Shown here: positions 36,698-45,521 of the stretch, piece after piece
Layout: the number at the start of each line of letters is the position of its first letter
Position numbering within the stretch: position 1 is the stretch's first letter
Assembly: GCA_035293245.1 (NCBI GenBank)
Contig: DATDOO010000223.1
Span: 1-53,369, forward strand
Source: Methylococcaceae bacterium
GTDB taxonomy: Bacteria > Pseudomonadota > Gammaproteobacteria > Methylococcales > Methylococcaceae
DNA length: 53,369 nt
Direction: 5' to 3'
The notes under the pieces: generated by a model
The model's database searches: none
Seen by the model: only the letters and a program-made list of their open reading frames with translations
Told to the model about the DNA's origin: nothing
Position numbers and translations under genes: made by a program

Positions 36698-37946
36698 CCG
36701 CCAGAGCAGCCGCGCCGGCAAGAATGGAGAGCGTAAACACCCCGCCCACGACGCGCGCCATCGTCCCGCCCGCAATGAAGGCGGCCAGCAGTCCCTTGAC
36801 CAGGGTATTGGCCGCCGACGCCAGCACGATGGCGTAGGTCGCGGTGTCCATGCCCAGCGACTCGCCGGCCAGCGGGGCGATGGAGAGGGTGATGGCGTCC
36901 ACGTCGCTCATGCCCGAGATCCCCGCCAGCAGGTAAAGCCCCGCGCTGCCGTAGCGGTCGGCGAGGACGCGCGTCAGCAGCAGGATGACGGCCAGCAGCG
37001 CCCCGAAGCGCAGCGCCACGCCGAATTCGAAGGGATTGACCAGCAGCATGGCTTCCTCTTCCAGTTCGTCGCAGCAGCCGCGCAGCTGCCAGTACAGGGA
37101 GAGGTAGCCGACGCCGGCCATGGCCAGCAGCGGTGCGGCCAATGGCTTGAGCAGCGCGGGCTGGACGAATCCCACCACCAGCAGCATGCGCACAAACATG
37201 GTCGCCGAGGCGGCGCACACGCCGGCGGCGGCGAGGCGGTGCAGCGCGGGGTGCTTCTTGGCCAGCCGGGACAGGCTCAGGGTCGCCGCCGTCGAAGACG
37301 CCAGGCCCGCGAACAGGCCGGTCAGCAGGATGCCCCGGCCGGCGCCGACGGTCTTGATGGCGAAATAGCCGGAAAAGGAAATGGCGCTGATGAGCACCAC
37401 CATCCACCAGATCTTGTAGGGATTGAGCGCTTGCCAGGGGTCGAAGGTGCGGTCGGGCAGCACCGGCAACAGCACCACGGAAATCAGCAGCAGCATGAAC
37501 GTCGCGTTCAGTTCGCGCGGCTCCAGGCGGCGCAGCCAGCCGTGCAGCACCGGCTTGAGCCCGAGCAGCACGGTAGTGAGCACCGATGCGGCAGCCGCCA
37601 GCGCCAGATGGCCGGCCATGGCCAGCGCGCCGAGGGCGAAGGCGACGAGCGCCGCGACCGGGGTGGTGATGCTGTAGTTGTTCTTGCCGCGGATTTCCAG
37701 CACGGCGCCGGCCACGATGAGCAGGGCGAAGGCGCCGAAAGCCACGGCCAGCGTCAGCGGGCCGTGGGCGGCGGAAAGGAGCTGCCATAAGGCCCCCAGC
37801 AGGCTGATCAGGCCGAAAGTACGAATGCCGGCGACCCGTGAGCCTTCCTCCCCGCCGCGCTCCGTCCAGCCGCGCTGCAGCCCGATGAGCAATCCGAGGG
37901 CCAGGGCGATGAGGAGATTGCGGAATTCCAGGGGATAGTCGTTCAT
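36681..37946 (-). CDS. MgtC/SapB-family membrane protein with a DUF4010-like C-terminal half
   Basis: LALGLLIGLQRGWTERGGEEGSRVAGIRTFGLISLLGAL is an MgtC-type N-terminus, and the rest is polytopic. The ATG was verified at 37944-37946. The 3' end overlaps the convergent methyltransferase gene by 17 nt. Confidence 0.8.
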   Translation of the reverse strand: MNDYPLEFRNLLIALALGLLIGLQRGWTERGGEEGSRVAGIRTFGLISLLGALWQLLSAAHGPLTLAVAFGAFALLIVAGAVLEIRGKNNYSITTPVAALVAFALGALAMAGHLALAAAASVLTTVLLGLKPVLHGWLRRLEPRELNATFMLLLISVVLLPVLPDRTFDPWQALNPYKIWWMVVLISAISFSGYFAIKTVGAGRGILLTGLFAGLASSTAATLSLSRLAKKHPALHRLAAAGVCAASATMFVRMLLVVGFVQPALLKPLAAPLLAMAGVGYLSLYWQLRGCCDELEEEAMLLVNPFEFGVALRFGALLAVILLLTRVLADRYGSAGLYLLAGISGMSDVDAITLSIAPLAGESLGMDTATYAIVLASAANTLVKGLLAAFIAGGTMARVVGGVFTLSILAGAAALAVNELI

Positions 37947-37954
37947 CGGCCGGC

Positions 37955-38866
37955 TCAGGAAACCTGATTGGCCACGCCGTGCGGCACGTGTCCGGTCGCC
38001 ACGTGCGGGCTGGCCGACTCGCAATGGCCCTTCTGGTCGTCGAAGAAGATGTCCGCGCCGAAAGCGTGCAGAAACGGGCCCTTTTCCATGCCGCCGAGGA
38101 ACAGCGCCTCGTCGATGCGGATGTTCCAGGCGCGCAGGGTGCGCACCACCCGTTCGTGCGCCGGGGCGGAGCGGGCGGTGATGAGGGCGGTGCGGATCGG
38201 GGACTTTTCCGGGTCGAAGCGGGTCTGGATATGGTGCAGAGCGGCGAGGAACGACTTGAACGGCCCGCCGGACAACGGGGTTTTCGCCGCCAGCTTCTCG
38301 TTTTCCGTGAAGGCGTCCAGCCCCTGGGTCTTGTAAATGCGTTCCGATTCGTCCGAGAACAGCACCGCGTCGCCGTCGAAAGCGATGCGCAACTGGTCGG
38401 ACGGGTTGCCGTCGGGATTGGAGGACAGAATGGTGGCGGCGGCCTGTCCCGCGTCGAGGGCCTGGATCACATCCTGGGCGTGGCTGGAGAGGAACAGGTG
38501 GGCGTTGAAGGCCGCCACGTAAGCGAAGGGCGAATCGCCGCTGGTGAAAGCGGCGCGGGCGATGCGCAGTTGGTGATGCTGGATGGAATTGAAAATGCGC
38601 AGCCCCGTGTCGGCGCTGTTGCGCGAGAGGAGAATCACTTCCACCACTGGAGACGGCAATTCCCCGTTGAGCGCCAGCAGCTTCTTGACCAGGTTGAAGG
38701 CCACGCCGGGCGCGAGCGGCTCATCCTCCCGCTCGATCTGGTAACGGCAGAACGCTTCCTTGCCTTCGGTCTCGAAAATCCGGTGCGACTCGTCCAGGTC
38801 GAACAGCGCCCGTGAGGAGATGGCGACGACCAGCTTGCGCTCGGTGGGCGGAGAGGGTTGGGCCAT
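37955..38866 (-). CDS. Bacterial 5'-nucleotidase family protein (PF06189-like)
   Basis: KLVVAISSRALFDLDESHRIFETEGKEAFCRYQIEREDEPLAPGVAF..VKKLLALN and ...FDGDAVLFSDESE...ADIFFDDQ. The ATG was verified at 38864-38866. Confidence 0.7.
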   Translation of the reverse strand: MAQPSPPTERKLVVAISSRALFDLDESHRIFETEGKEAFCRYQIEREDEPLAPGVAFNLVKKLLALNGELPSPVVEVILLSRNSADTGLRIFNSIQHHQLRIARAAFTSGDSPFAYVAAFNAHLFLSSHAQDVIQALDAGQAAATILSSNPDGNPSDQLRIAFDGDAVLFSDESERIYKTQGLDAFTENEKLAAKTPLSGGPFKSFLAALHHIQTRFDPEKSPIRTALITARSAPAHERVVRTLRAWNIRIDEALFLGGMEKGPFLHAFGADIFFDDQKGHCESASPHVATGHVPHGVANQVS

Positions 38867-38907
38867 GGTTGCGAGCCCTCGGTAGGTGCGCGACGGGTGG
38901 AAGAAGA

Positions 38908-38943
38908 CGCTCCGCGTGATTCTGTACCGGTTTACGCGGAGCG
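38908..38943 (-). terminator. Hairpin after the small membrane-protein gene (terminator candidate)
   Basis: Perfect 10-bp stem cgctccgcgt / acgcggagcg with a 16-nt loop. On the minus strand it is followed by TCTTCTTCC. It starts 4 nt after the stop codon. Confidence 0.4.
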
Positions 38944-38946
38944 CCG

Positions 38947-39276
38947 TTACGCTTCGGCGCCGCTCTTCGCGGCCAGAGCGTCGAAGCGCCGCACTTGCCG
39001 CGTACCGAACAGAAACAGTTCCATGCCGGTTTCCACGACGGCTTCGCACAGGCTGGCGCGCTTCCACAGCGCGTAGCCCCCATAAGCCAGTACCCCGCAG
39101 GCGGCGGCCAAGGCCGGCACGGACGGCACCCCCAGCATCTGCAAGCCGCGCGTTACCTGGTAAAGCACATCCAGGGGCAGGAGCAGGAACGTACCTTCGT
39201 AAATCATTGCGGAAAAGAGAAACAGGGAGAATGTGATGAACTGCAGCAGCTTGATCAGCGCGACATTGACCTTCAT
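38947..39276 (-). CDS. Hypothetical small membrane protein
   Basis: 109 aa from ATG 39276, with 2-3 hydrophobic helices (LLQFITFSLFLFSAMIY; VPALAAACGVLAYGGYALW). No family recognised. Confidence 0.4.
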   Translation of the reverse strand: MKVNVALIKLLQFITFSLFLFSAMIYEGTFLLLPLDVLYQVTRGLQMLGVPSVPALAAACGVLAYGGYALWKRASLCEAVVETGMELFLFGTRQVRRFDALAAKSGAEA

Positions 39277-39387
39277 GGGTATCGATAGTCCGGTTCGGGG
39301 AATACGCAAGCGGGAAAAACCGCCCTTTGAGCGCATTATAGCCCGAACGCTTAGGCCATTGAGCGGAACGGGGAATCCCCGAGTGCG

Positions 39388-41631
39388 TCAAACCGTGCGC
39401 GGAGAATCCGGCGTGCCGCGCTGGTCGAGGAACAGACGGCATTCCGCCGCGGGAACCGGCTCGCTGAAGTAATAGCCCTGGCCTTCATCGCAGCCTTGGG
39501 CCTGCAGGAACGCCAGTTGCTCGGCCGTTTCGATGCCTTCGGCGACGACGCGCAACCCCAGCCCGCGGGCCATCTGGATGATGGTTCGGGTGATCAGCGT
39601 GGCGTCGCCGTCGGGGATGCCGGCCACGAAGCCCCGGTCGATCTTCAGGGCGTGGATGGGCAGGCGCTGAAGATAGTTGAGCGAGGAAAAACCGGTGCCG
39701 AAGTCGTCCATGGCGATTTTCACCTGCATGTCCCGCAGCGCTTCCAGGGTGCGGATGCTGTGCTCCAGATTGGGCATGGTGGTGCTTTCGGTGATCTCCA
39801 ACTCCAGTTGCGCGGGGTCCAGTTCGGTTTCGCGCAGCAGGGCTCCGATGCGATAGGGCAGGTCCTTGAGCAGAAACTGGTGGGGCGAAAGATTCACGGC
39901 TACCCGCAGCTTGTCCATGCCTTGGCCATGCCAGGTCCTGATCTGGACGCAGGCCTGGCGCAGGATCCAGTCGCCCAATTCGTGGATGATGCCGATTTCT
40001 TCCGCGAGCGGGATGAACGACGCCGGTGCGACCAAGCCCCGTTGCGGATGCCGCCAGCGCATCAGGGCCTCCACCCCGCAGGGCGCGCCGGTTTTGATGT
40101 CGATCTGCGGTTGGTAATGCACTTCGATTTCACGCCGTTCCAACGCCCGCCTCAGGTCGTTTTCCAGACCCAGCCGTTCCGACGACCCATCCGACATTGT
40201 CCCCTCGAAAACCTGGAACTGGTTGCGTCCCTGGCCTTTGGCCTGGTACATGGCCGTATCGGCGTTCTTGATCAGGATTTCCGGCTCCTCGCCGTCGTCC
40301 GGATAGTGGCTGATGCCGATGCTCGCCCCGATGTAATAGGAATGTCCGTCCAGGTCGAGCGGCACGTTCAGCGCAGCCAGCAGCTTTTGCGCCACCAGTT
40401 CGCTGGTTTCGGTTTCCTTCACCCCCGGCAGCAGCACGGTGAATTCGTCGCCCCCCATGCGGGACACGGTGTCCACCTGCCGCATGCATTGCTTGAGCCG
40501 CTCGGCGACATGCTTGAGCAGGAGATCGCCGTAGTTGTGCCCCAGGGTGTCGTTGAGCAGCTTGAAGCGGTCGAGGTCGATGAACATCAGCCCGACCCGC
40601 TGGCCGTAACGGCGGGCCTGGGCGAGGGCGTGCCGCAGGCGGTCCTGGAACAGGTGGCGGTTGGGCAGGCCCGTGAGGGGGTCGTAATAGGCCAGATCGT
40701 GGAGCCGGCGGCGCACCTCTTCCTGGCGGGTGATGTCGGAAAAGATTCCGATGTAATTGCGCACCTGGCCGTGCGGTGTGCGGATGGTGAGGATGTCGAG
40801 CCATTCCGGATAGATTTCCCCGCTTTTGCGCCGGTTCCAGATTTCGCCTTCCCAACACCCTTTTTCGGTCAGGCCGGCCCACATCCGTTCGTAAAAGTCC
40901 CGATCCTGGCGGCCGGACTGGAGGATGCGCGGCGTGCGGCCCAGGATTTCCCGTCCGCGGTAGCCGGTAATGTGCTCGAAAGCGCGGTTGACGGAGAGAA
41001 CGCGGGTCTCGGCGTCGGTGACCATCACCCCCTGGGGGATGTGCTCCAGCACCGTCGTACCGAGGCGCATCTGGTCCTCGGCCTGGCGACGGCGGGTGAT
41101 GTCGGAAAACGTGGAGCGGCAGCCGACCGGTTTCCCGGAATCGTCACGCATGGGAACGCTCACGAGTTCCACCGGCAGGGAGGGCGCGTCGCGGCGCAAG
41201 AGTTCCAGTTCCACGACGGCTTCTTCGCCGCCGAAGACCCGCCGCAGGTGCCGGCCCAAGGCGTCGTGGTCGGTTTCCGCCACATACAGGAGGAAAGGTT
41301 TGCCCAGCAGCCGACCACGCGGGTAGCCGAACATTTCCGCGCCGGTCAGGTTGATCTCGCGGACGATGCCCTGGGGACTGAGACCCAGATAGCCGATGGG
41401 GGCGAAGTCGAAAAGATGGGCGTATTTCTGCCGGGAGTTTTCCAGCGTGCGCTGCATCTCCAGAAGCTCTTCATTCTGGGTGCGCAGTTCTTCCTGGTGA
41501 ACGCTGAGTTCCTGAAGCGTGGCGCGAAGCCGCTCATCCAACTGCTGGTGCTGGAACAGTTGCGCTTCCAGGTCCTTGATCCGGCGGCGCAGTTGTTCCG
41601 CATCGCCGGCATCGTCACCGAGGCGGCGCAT
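39388..41631 (-). CDS. Coiled-coil - PAS - PAS - GGDEF - EAL c-di-GMP turnover protein
   Basis: GGDEF is intact (SRMGGDEFTVLL). EAL motifs are intact (GVEALMRW, DDFGTGFSSL, KIDRGFV, EGIETAEQ). Two PAS segments. The N-terminal coil contains HQEELRTQNEELLEMQ. Confidence 0.9.
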   Translation of the reverse strand: MRRLGDDAGDAEQLRRRIKDLEAQLFQHQQLDERLRATLQELSVHQEELRTQNEELLEMQRTLENSRQKYAHLFDFAPIGYLGLSPQGIVREINLTGAEMFGYPRGRLLGKPFLLYVAETDHDALGRHLRRVFGGEEAVVELELLRRDAPSLPVELVSVPMRDDSGKPVGCRSTFSDITRRRQAEDQMRLGTTVLEHIPQGVMVTDAETRVLSVNRAFEHITGYRGREILGRTPRILQSGRQDRDFYERMWAGLTEKGCWEGEIWNRRKSGEIYPEWLDILTIRTPHGQVRNYIGIFSDITRQEEVRRRLHDLAYYDPLTGLPNRHLFQDRLRHALAQARRYGQRVGLMFIDLDRFKLLNDTLGHNYGDLLLKHVAERLKQCMRQVDTVSRMGGDEFTVLLPGVKETETSELVAQKLLAALNVPLDLDGHSYYIGASIGISHYPDDGEEPEILIKNADTAMYQAKGQGRNQFQVFEGTMSDGSSERLGLENDLRRALERREIEVHYQPQIDIKTGAPCGVEALMRWRHPQRGLVAPASFIPLAEEIGIIHELGDWILRQACVQIRTWHGQGMDKLRVAVNLSPHQFLLKDLPYRIGALLRETELDPAQLELEITESTTMPNLEHSIRTLEALRDMQVKIAMDDFGTGFSSLNYLQRLPIHALKIDRGFVAGIPDGDATLITRTIIQMARGLGLRVVAEGIETAEQLAFLQAQGCDEGQGYYFSEPVPAAECRLFLDQRGTPDSPRTV

Positions 41632-41679
41632 GCATCCTCCCCGTGCTCGGCGGGCGAGCGGGTGCGCGACATACCCGCC

Positions 41680-44646
41680 TCATGAGGCCGCCGGGCTTTT
41701 GACGATGGTGCAGGCGCCCGGCTCGCAGCACATGCCGATGAAAACGCGCCGGCCGTTCACCCGCGATTCGCTGACGGTCAATTGCAACGCGATCCGCCTC
41801 CCGTCCTTGCGCAATCCCTCCACCAGGCGGGTTTTGCCCACGATGGATCCTTCGCCCGTGCGGAGGTAGCGAGTCAGATAGTCGTCGTGCTGATGGCGCA
41901 CCGGCTCCGGCATGAGGGCACTGACGTTGAGTCCCGCCACTTCGCTGGCGGAGTAGCCGAAAATGTTCTCTGCCGTGGGATTGAAGGTCTCGATGATTCC
42001 GTGCTCGGTAATGCTGACGATACCGTAGAGGACGTTGTTGAAAATGGCCCGCAGCAGCGCCTCGCTCTCGTGCAGTTCTTCCTGGGTGCGCAATTGACGG
42101 GTCTGGTCGTGGAACACCAGCACCGCCCCGGAACTGTTCTGGTGTTCGGAAAAATACGGCAGGACGCGCATCTGGTAAATGACGCCGTTGCTTTCGATGA
42201 CGCGCTCCAAGGATTCTTCCAGGTCGATGACCTTGAGCAGGTCGTCCCGCAGGGTAGGCAGCGCCAGCTTGCAGGGAATGGTGGTGATGACTTGGCCCAC
42301 GTCCAGGGAGCTTAGGGAAAACAGCTTGCGCGCCTGGGGGGTGAAGCGGGTGACCTTGAGATCCTTGTCCACCACCAGCAGCGGGTCGCCGACGCTGCCG
42401 AGGATGTTTTCCATGTCCGTGTTGGCCGCGGCCAGTTCGGCTGACTTGACCTGCAGTTCCTCGTTGACGGTGGTGAGCTCTTCGTTGGTGGACTGGAGTT
42501 CCTCGTTGGCGGTTTCCAGTTCCTCGTTGGAAGATTGCAACTCCTCGTTGGCCGACTGCAATTCCTCGTTGAGGGACTGAAGCTCCTCGTTGGCGGTTTC
42601 CAGTTCCTCCACGGTGGTCTGGAGCCGCTCGCGGGTCATGGCCAGTTCTTCCTCCAGTTCCCTCAGCCGCGGGTCTTCCGAACCCGCTTCCGCGGTGAAG
42701 GCTGGAACGTCGCTGGGTAACAGGTCCTCCTCGAAGAGCACCAGCAGCGCCCCATTGGCGGGATCGGCCTGCACCAGCGGCCGCACATGGATGTTGATGG
42801 CCCGGTCGCCTTCCTTGCCCGGCATGCGCAACCTTCCGCTGCGCAAGGGCAGCCGTTCCCGCGCCGCTTTGTAGACCAGGGTGCGCACGTCCAGACGCAG
42901 TTCGTCCCGGGCCAGGTTGACGATGTTGAGGTCCGCGTCGCCGGGCCGAAGGCGCAGATAGGGATCCACGTCCCCGAGCACGTGACGCAACTGCAGGCGC
43001 TCGTCGATCAGCACCCCGCAGGGGCTGTAGACCTCCATGATCGCCGAGTGGATGAGGTCCTTGATGGTCGGCGCCTTTTCCGGTTTGAAGGCCTCCATGT
43101 TGGGTTGGTAGCGGGTGGTGGGGAAATAGTCTTGCAGGCCCTGCTGGGAGGAGGGGAGGGTTCCCTTGCGGCGGAATACCTTCCAGCGCTTGTTGAGGGG
43201 TTCGAACAGGTCGGCGAACTCGCCGATGGATTCGGATTTGCCCAGGAACAGGTAGCCTCCGGGGTTGAGGACGTAGTGGAACATGGGCAAAAGCCGCTTC
43301 TGCACCCGTGCCTGGAAATAAATCAGCACGTTGCGGCAACTGATGAGGTCAAGCCTGGAGAAGGGCGGGTCCTTGAGCATGTTCTGCTTGGCGAACACCA
43401 CCATCTCCCGGATGCCCTTGACGACCTGAAAGCTGCTTTCCACGCGGCTGAAGTAGCGCTCTAAAATGGCTTCGTCTACCTCGGCGATGCTGCTGTCCGG
43501 ATAAATGCCTTTCCTGGCGCGCAGGATGGCGTCCTCGTCCAGGTCGGTGCCGAAAATCTGGATGTGGAACTCGCTCTTGCGCGCTCCCAGCAGCCTGTCC
43601 AGCAGAATGGCGATGGAGTAAGGCTCTTCGCCGGAAGCGCAGCCGGCGATCCAGATGCGGATGTCGTCGCCGGGGTTCTTGCTTTCGATGAGACCCTTCA
43701 GCGCGCTTTCCAGGGAGCGGAACGCCTCCTCGTCGCGGAAAAAGGCGGTGACCGAGATGAGGATGTCCTGCTGCAACAAGTCCAGTTCGTTGGCGGATTT
43801 TTCCAGGTAAGCCAGGTAGTCGGGCAGGGTGTCCAGTTTGTGGATGGCCATGCGGCGCTTGATGCGCCGCTCCAGGGTGTTGACCTTGTAATCCGCGAAA
43901 TCGGCGCCGGTGCGGGCGAGCAGCATCCGCAGGATGCGGTGCATGTCGTCGGGTACCTCGCCTTCCTGCAGGGTGAGGAAATTGCCGCGGGGATGGCGAG
44001 TGATCTCGATGAGTTCGAGGCCGATCTTTTCCGGCGGCAACACCAGGTCCACGTGCCGGGTGGAAATGGCCGACTGGGGCATGCCGTTGAACTTGCTGGT
44101 GGCCGGGTCCTGAACGATGGTGATGCCGCCGCCGGCCTTGAGGGCGCGGATGCCGCCGGCGCCGTCGGAACCAGTCCCGGACAGGATGATGCCCACGGCA
44201 TTCTCGCCTTTGTCCTCCGCCAGTGAAGTAAAGAAATAGTCGACCGATGGCTTGGGGCCGATGGGGGCGGTGGGATTGGAAAGCTTGAGCTTGCCGGCGG
44301 CAATGGTGACGTTCTTGCCCGGTGGGCACAGGTAGATTTCCCCGGGACTCACTTCCTGGCCGTGCTTGATCTCCATGACCTTCATGGGGGTGCTGCCCGC
44401 CAACAGCCCCACCAGCATGCTGCGGTGTTTGGGGTCCAGATGCTGGGCGATCACATAGGTCAGATTGGCCTTCGCCGGTAGGTTGGGGAGGAGCAGCTTG
44501 AGGGCTTCCAGGCCGCCGGCGGATGCGCCGATACCTACCACCACCAGGGTATCCTGACCGCCGTCCAGTTCTTCCGGATCGACGGGGAGTACCTCGGGTG
44601 GCGCCTCGTCAGCATCGATTACGACGTTCTTGCTTCTTTTGGCCAT
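41680..44646 (-). CDS. CheB methylesterase - CheR methyltransferase - heptad coiled coil - PAS - PAS fusion protein with no kinase or receiver output
   Basis: The CheB-type domain has VVVGIGASAGGLEALKLLL...VIAQHLDPKHRS. The CheR-type domain has VTAFFRDEEAF...IRIWIAGCASGEEPYSIAILL. It is followed by (N-E-E-L-Q-S/T-x) heptad repeats and two PAS-like segments. The protein ends after the second PAS. Confidence 0.9.
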   Translation of the reverse strand: MAKRSKNVVIDADEAPPEVLPVDPEELDGGQDTLVVVGIGASAGGLEALKLLLPNLPAKANLTYVIAQHLDPKHRSMLVGLLAGSTPMKVMEIKHGQEVSPGEIYLCPPGKNVTIAAGKLKLSNPTAPIGPKPSVDYFFTSLAEDKGENAVGIILSGTGSDGAGGIRALKAGGGITIVQDPATSKFNGMPQSAISTRHVDLVLPPEKIGLELIEITRHPRGNFLTLQEGEVPDDMHRILRMLLARTGADFADYKVNTLERRIKRRMAIHKLDTLPDYLAYLEKSANELDLLQQDILISVTAFFRDEEAFRSLESALKGLIESKNPGDDIRIWIAGCASGEEPYSIAILLDRLLGARKSEFHIQIFGTDLDEDAILRARKGIYPDSSIAEVDEAILERYFSRVESSFQVVKGIREMVVFAKQNMLKDPPFSRLDLISCRNVLIYFQARVQKRLLPMFHYVLNPGGYLFLGKSESIGEFADLFEPLNKRWKVFRRKGTLPSSQQGLQDYFPTTRYQPNMEAFKPEKAPTIKDLIHSAIMEVYSPCGVLIDERLQLRHVLGDVDPYLRLRPGDADLNIVNLARDELRLDVRTLVYKAARERLPLRSGRLRMPGKEGDRAINIHVRPLVQADPANGALLVLFEEDLLPSDVPAFTAEAGSEDPRLRELEEELAMTRERLQTTVEELETANEELQSLNEELQSANEELQSSNEELETANEELQSTNEELTTVNEELQVKSAELAAANTDMENILGSVGDPLLVVDKDLKVTRFTPQARKLFSLSSLDVGQVITTIPCKLALPTLRDDLLKVIDLEESLERVIESNGVIYQMRVLPYFSEHQNSSGAVLVFHDQTRQLRTQEELHESEALLRAIFNNVLYGIVSITEHGIIETFNPTAENIFGYSASEVAGLNVSALMPEPVRHQHDDYLTRYLRTGEGSIVGKTRLVEGLRKDGRRIALQLTVSESRVNGRRVFIGMCCEPGACTIVKSPAAS
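42451..42618. repeat. Eight tandem 21-nt coding repeats (heptad NEELQSx units) inside the CheB-CheR gene
   Basis: (t/c)tcctcgtt recurs at 42457, 42478, 42499, 42520, 42541, 42562, 42583 and, degenerate, 42604, i.e. with an exact 21-nt period. On the minus strand this translates to ETANEELQSLNEELQSANEELQSSNEELETANEELQSTNEELTTVNEELQ. Confidence 0.9.
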
Positions 44647-44702
44647 CGATTGCCCCGGACTTTTTTATGGTTTTTCCGATCGTATTATCGATGCAGTCCG
44701 GT

Positions 44703-45314
44703 TTATTCGGCAAGTTGCCGCAGGGCGCCTCTCATGATGTGCAGCGCCGAATCCAGGACGATGACGGCAATGACCACGCCGAGCGCCAGGTCCGGCCACA
44801 GGGTTCCGCTCCAGGCCACCCCGCCCGCGGCGAGCAGCACGCCGACGTTGGCCAGCACGTCGTTGCGCGAGCACAGCCACACCGCCTTCAGATCGATGTC
44901 GTCGGCCCGATGCCGCCATAGCAGACGCAGGCACAACAGGTTGGCGAGCAGCGCGGCGGCGGCGGTCAGGGCGATGATGCCGGCGTCGGGAAGCACGGGG
45001 TCGAGCACTTTCTCCCGCGCTTCGGCCAATACCAGGATGCCGCCGGCAAACATGGCAATCCCTTTGAGCAGCGCCGAGACCGCACGCCAGCGCGGGCCGC
45101 GCTCCAGCACCCACAGGGTGAAGGCGTACGCCAGGGCATCGCTCAGCATATCCAGGGCGTCGGCCAGCAGCGCTGTGGAGTGTGCCAACCAGCCCGCCGC
45201 GATTTCGACCAGAAACATGGCCGTGTTGATCGCCAGCGCCCAGCGCAGCACCGAACTTTGCTGCTGCCGCAAGGCGGCGAGTTCACAGTCTTTGTCTTCG
45301 CAGTGATGGGACAT
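44703..45314 (-). CDS. Cation diffusion facilitator (CDF) family transporter, membrane domain only
   Basis: LRWALAINTAMFLVEIAAGWLAHSTALLADALDMLSDALAY is the CDF TM1-TM2 signature. There are six hydrophobic helices and the protein stops about 9 aa after TM6. The N-terminus is MSHHCEDKDCE. Confidence 0.8.
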   Translation of the reverse strand: MSHHCEDKDCELAALRQQQSSVLRWALAINTAMFLVEIAAGWLAHSTALLADALDMLSDALAYAFTLWVLERGPRWRAVSALLKGIAMFAGGILVLAEAREKVLDPVLPDAGIIALTAAAALLANLLCLRLLWRHRADDIDLKAVWLCSRNDVLANVGVLLAAGGVAWSGTLWPDLALGVVIAVIVLDSALHIMRGALRQLAE

Positions 45315-45377
45315 ACGGGCCCAGGCAGGGGAAAGAGGGGCGCCGTGCCGTCGAAAAGGCGGTCCGCAGGGGACGGT

Positions 45378-45407
45378 TATGACTTCGAGCGCGCTGCTCA
45401 GTATAAT
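45378..45407 (+). promoter_or_regulatory. Sigma-70 promoter candidate for nhaD
   Basis: TATGAC (45378-45383), 18-nt spacer, perfect TATAAT (45402-45407), in the divergent CDF/nhaD intergenic region. Confidence 0.4.
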
Positions 45408-45521
45408 GAAATGAGGAAGTTAAGGTTCCCGGCGGGCGATTTTGTTGGCGCTCACGGGGCGATCCGACATCACCGAGCTTTCGCGCCGGGCGGAAGGTCA
45501 AAAAAAGAAGAGGGCACTGCA

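Noticed and set aside
36657-37790. 377-aa plus-strand ORF rich in Q/G/R/H/D, and a second minus-strand frame (36691-37788), both overlapping the MgtC-like gene.
   Set aside because: Only the 36681-37946 minus frame gives a coherent polytopic membrane protein with the MgtC N-terminal motif. The others are compositionally biased shadows.
39335-39363. Perfect TATAAT on the minus strand (39340-39335) as the promoter of the small membrane-protein gene.
   Set aside because: No acceptable -35 element lies at 16-18 nt spacing (best is CTCAAT). It is too weak to list as a feature.
42451-42618. Regularly spaced short repeats that could be mistaken for a CRISPR-like or minisatellite array.
   Set aside because: The period is exactly 21 nt with no unique spacers. 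The repeats lie in frame inside a long ORF and translate to a heptad coiled coil. No cas genes are nearby.
45180-45521. Upstream extension of the nhaD ORF (track start 45180; in-frame ATG 45411).
   Set aside because: The extension overlaps the divergent CDF gene and the promoter-like TATAAT (45402-45407), and it encodes a non-hydrophobic, Arg/Gly-rich peptide. The signal-like sequence and NhaD similarity begin at about 45522. The exact start remains uncertain.
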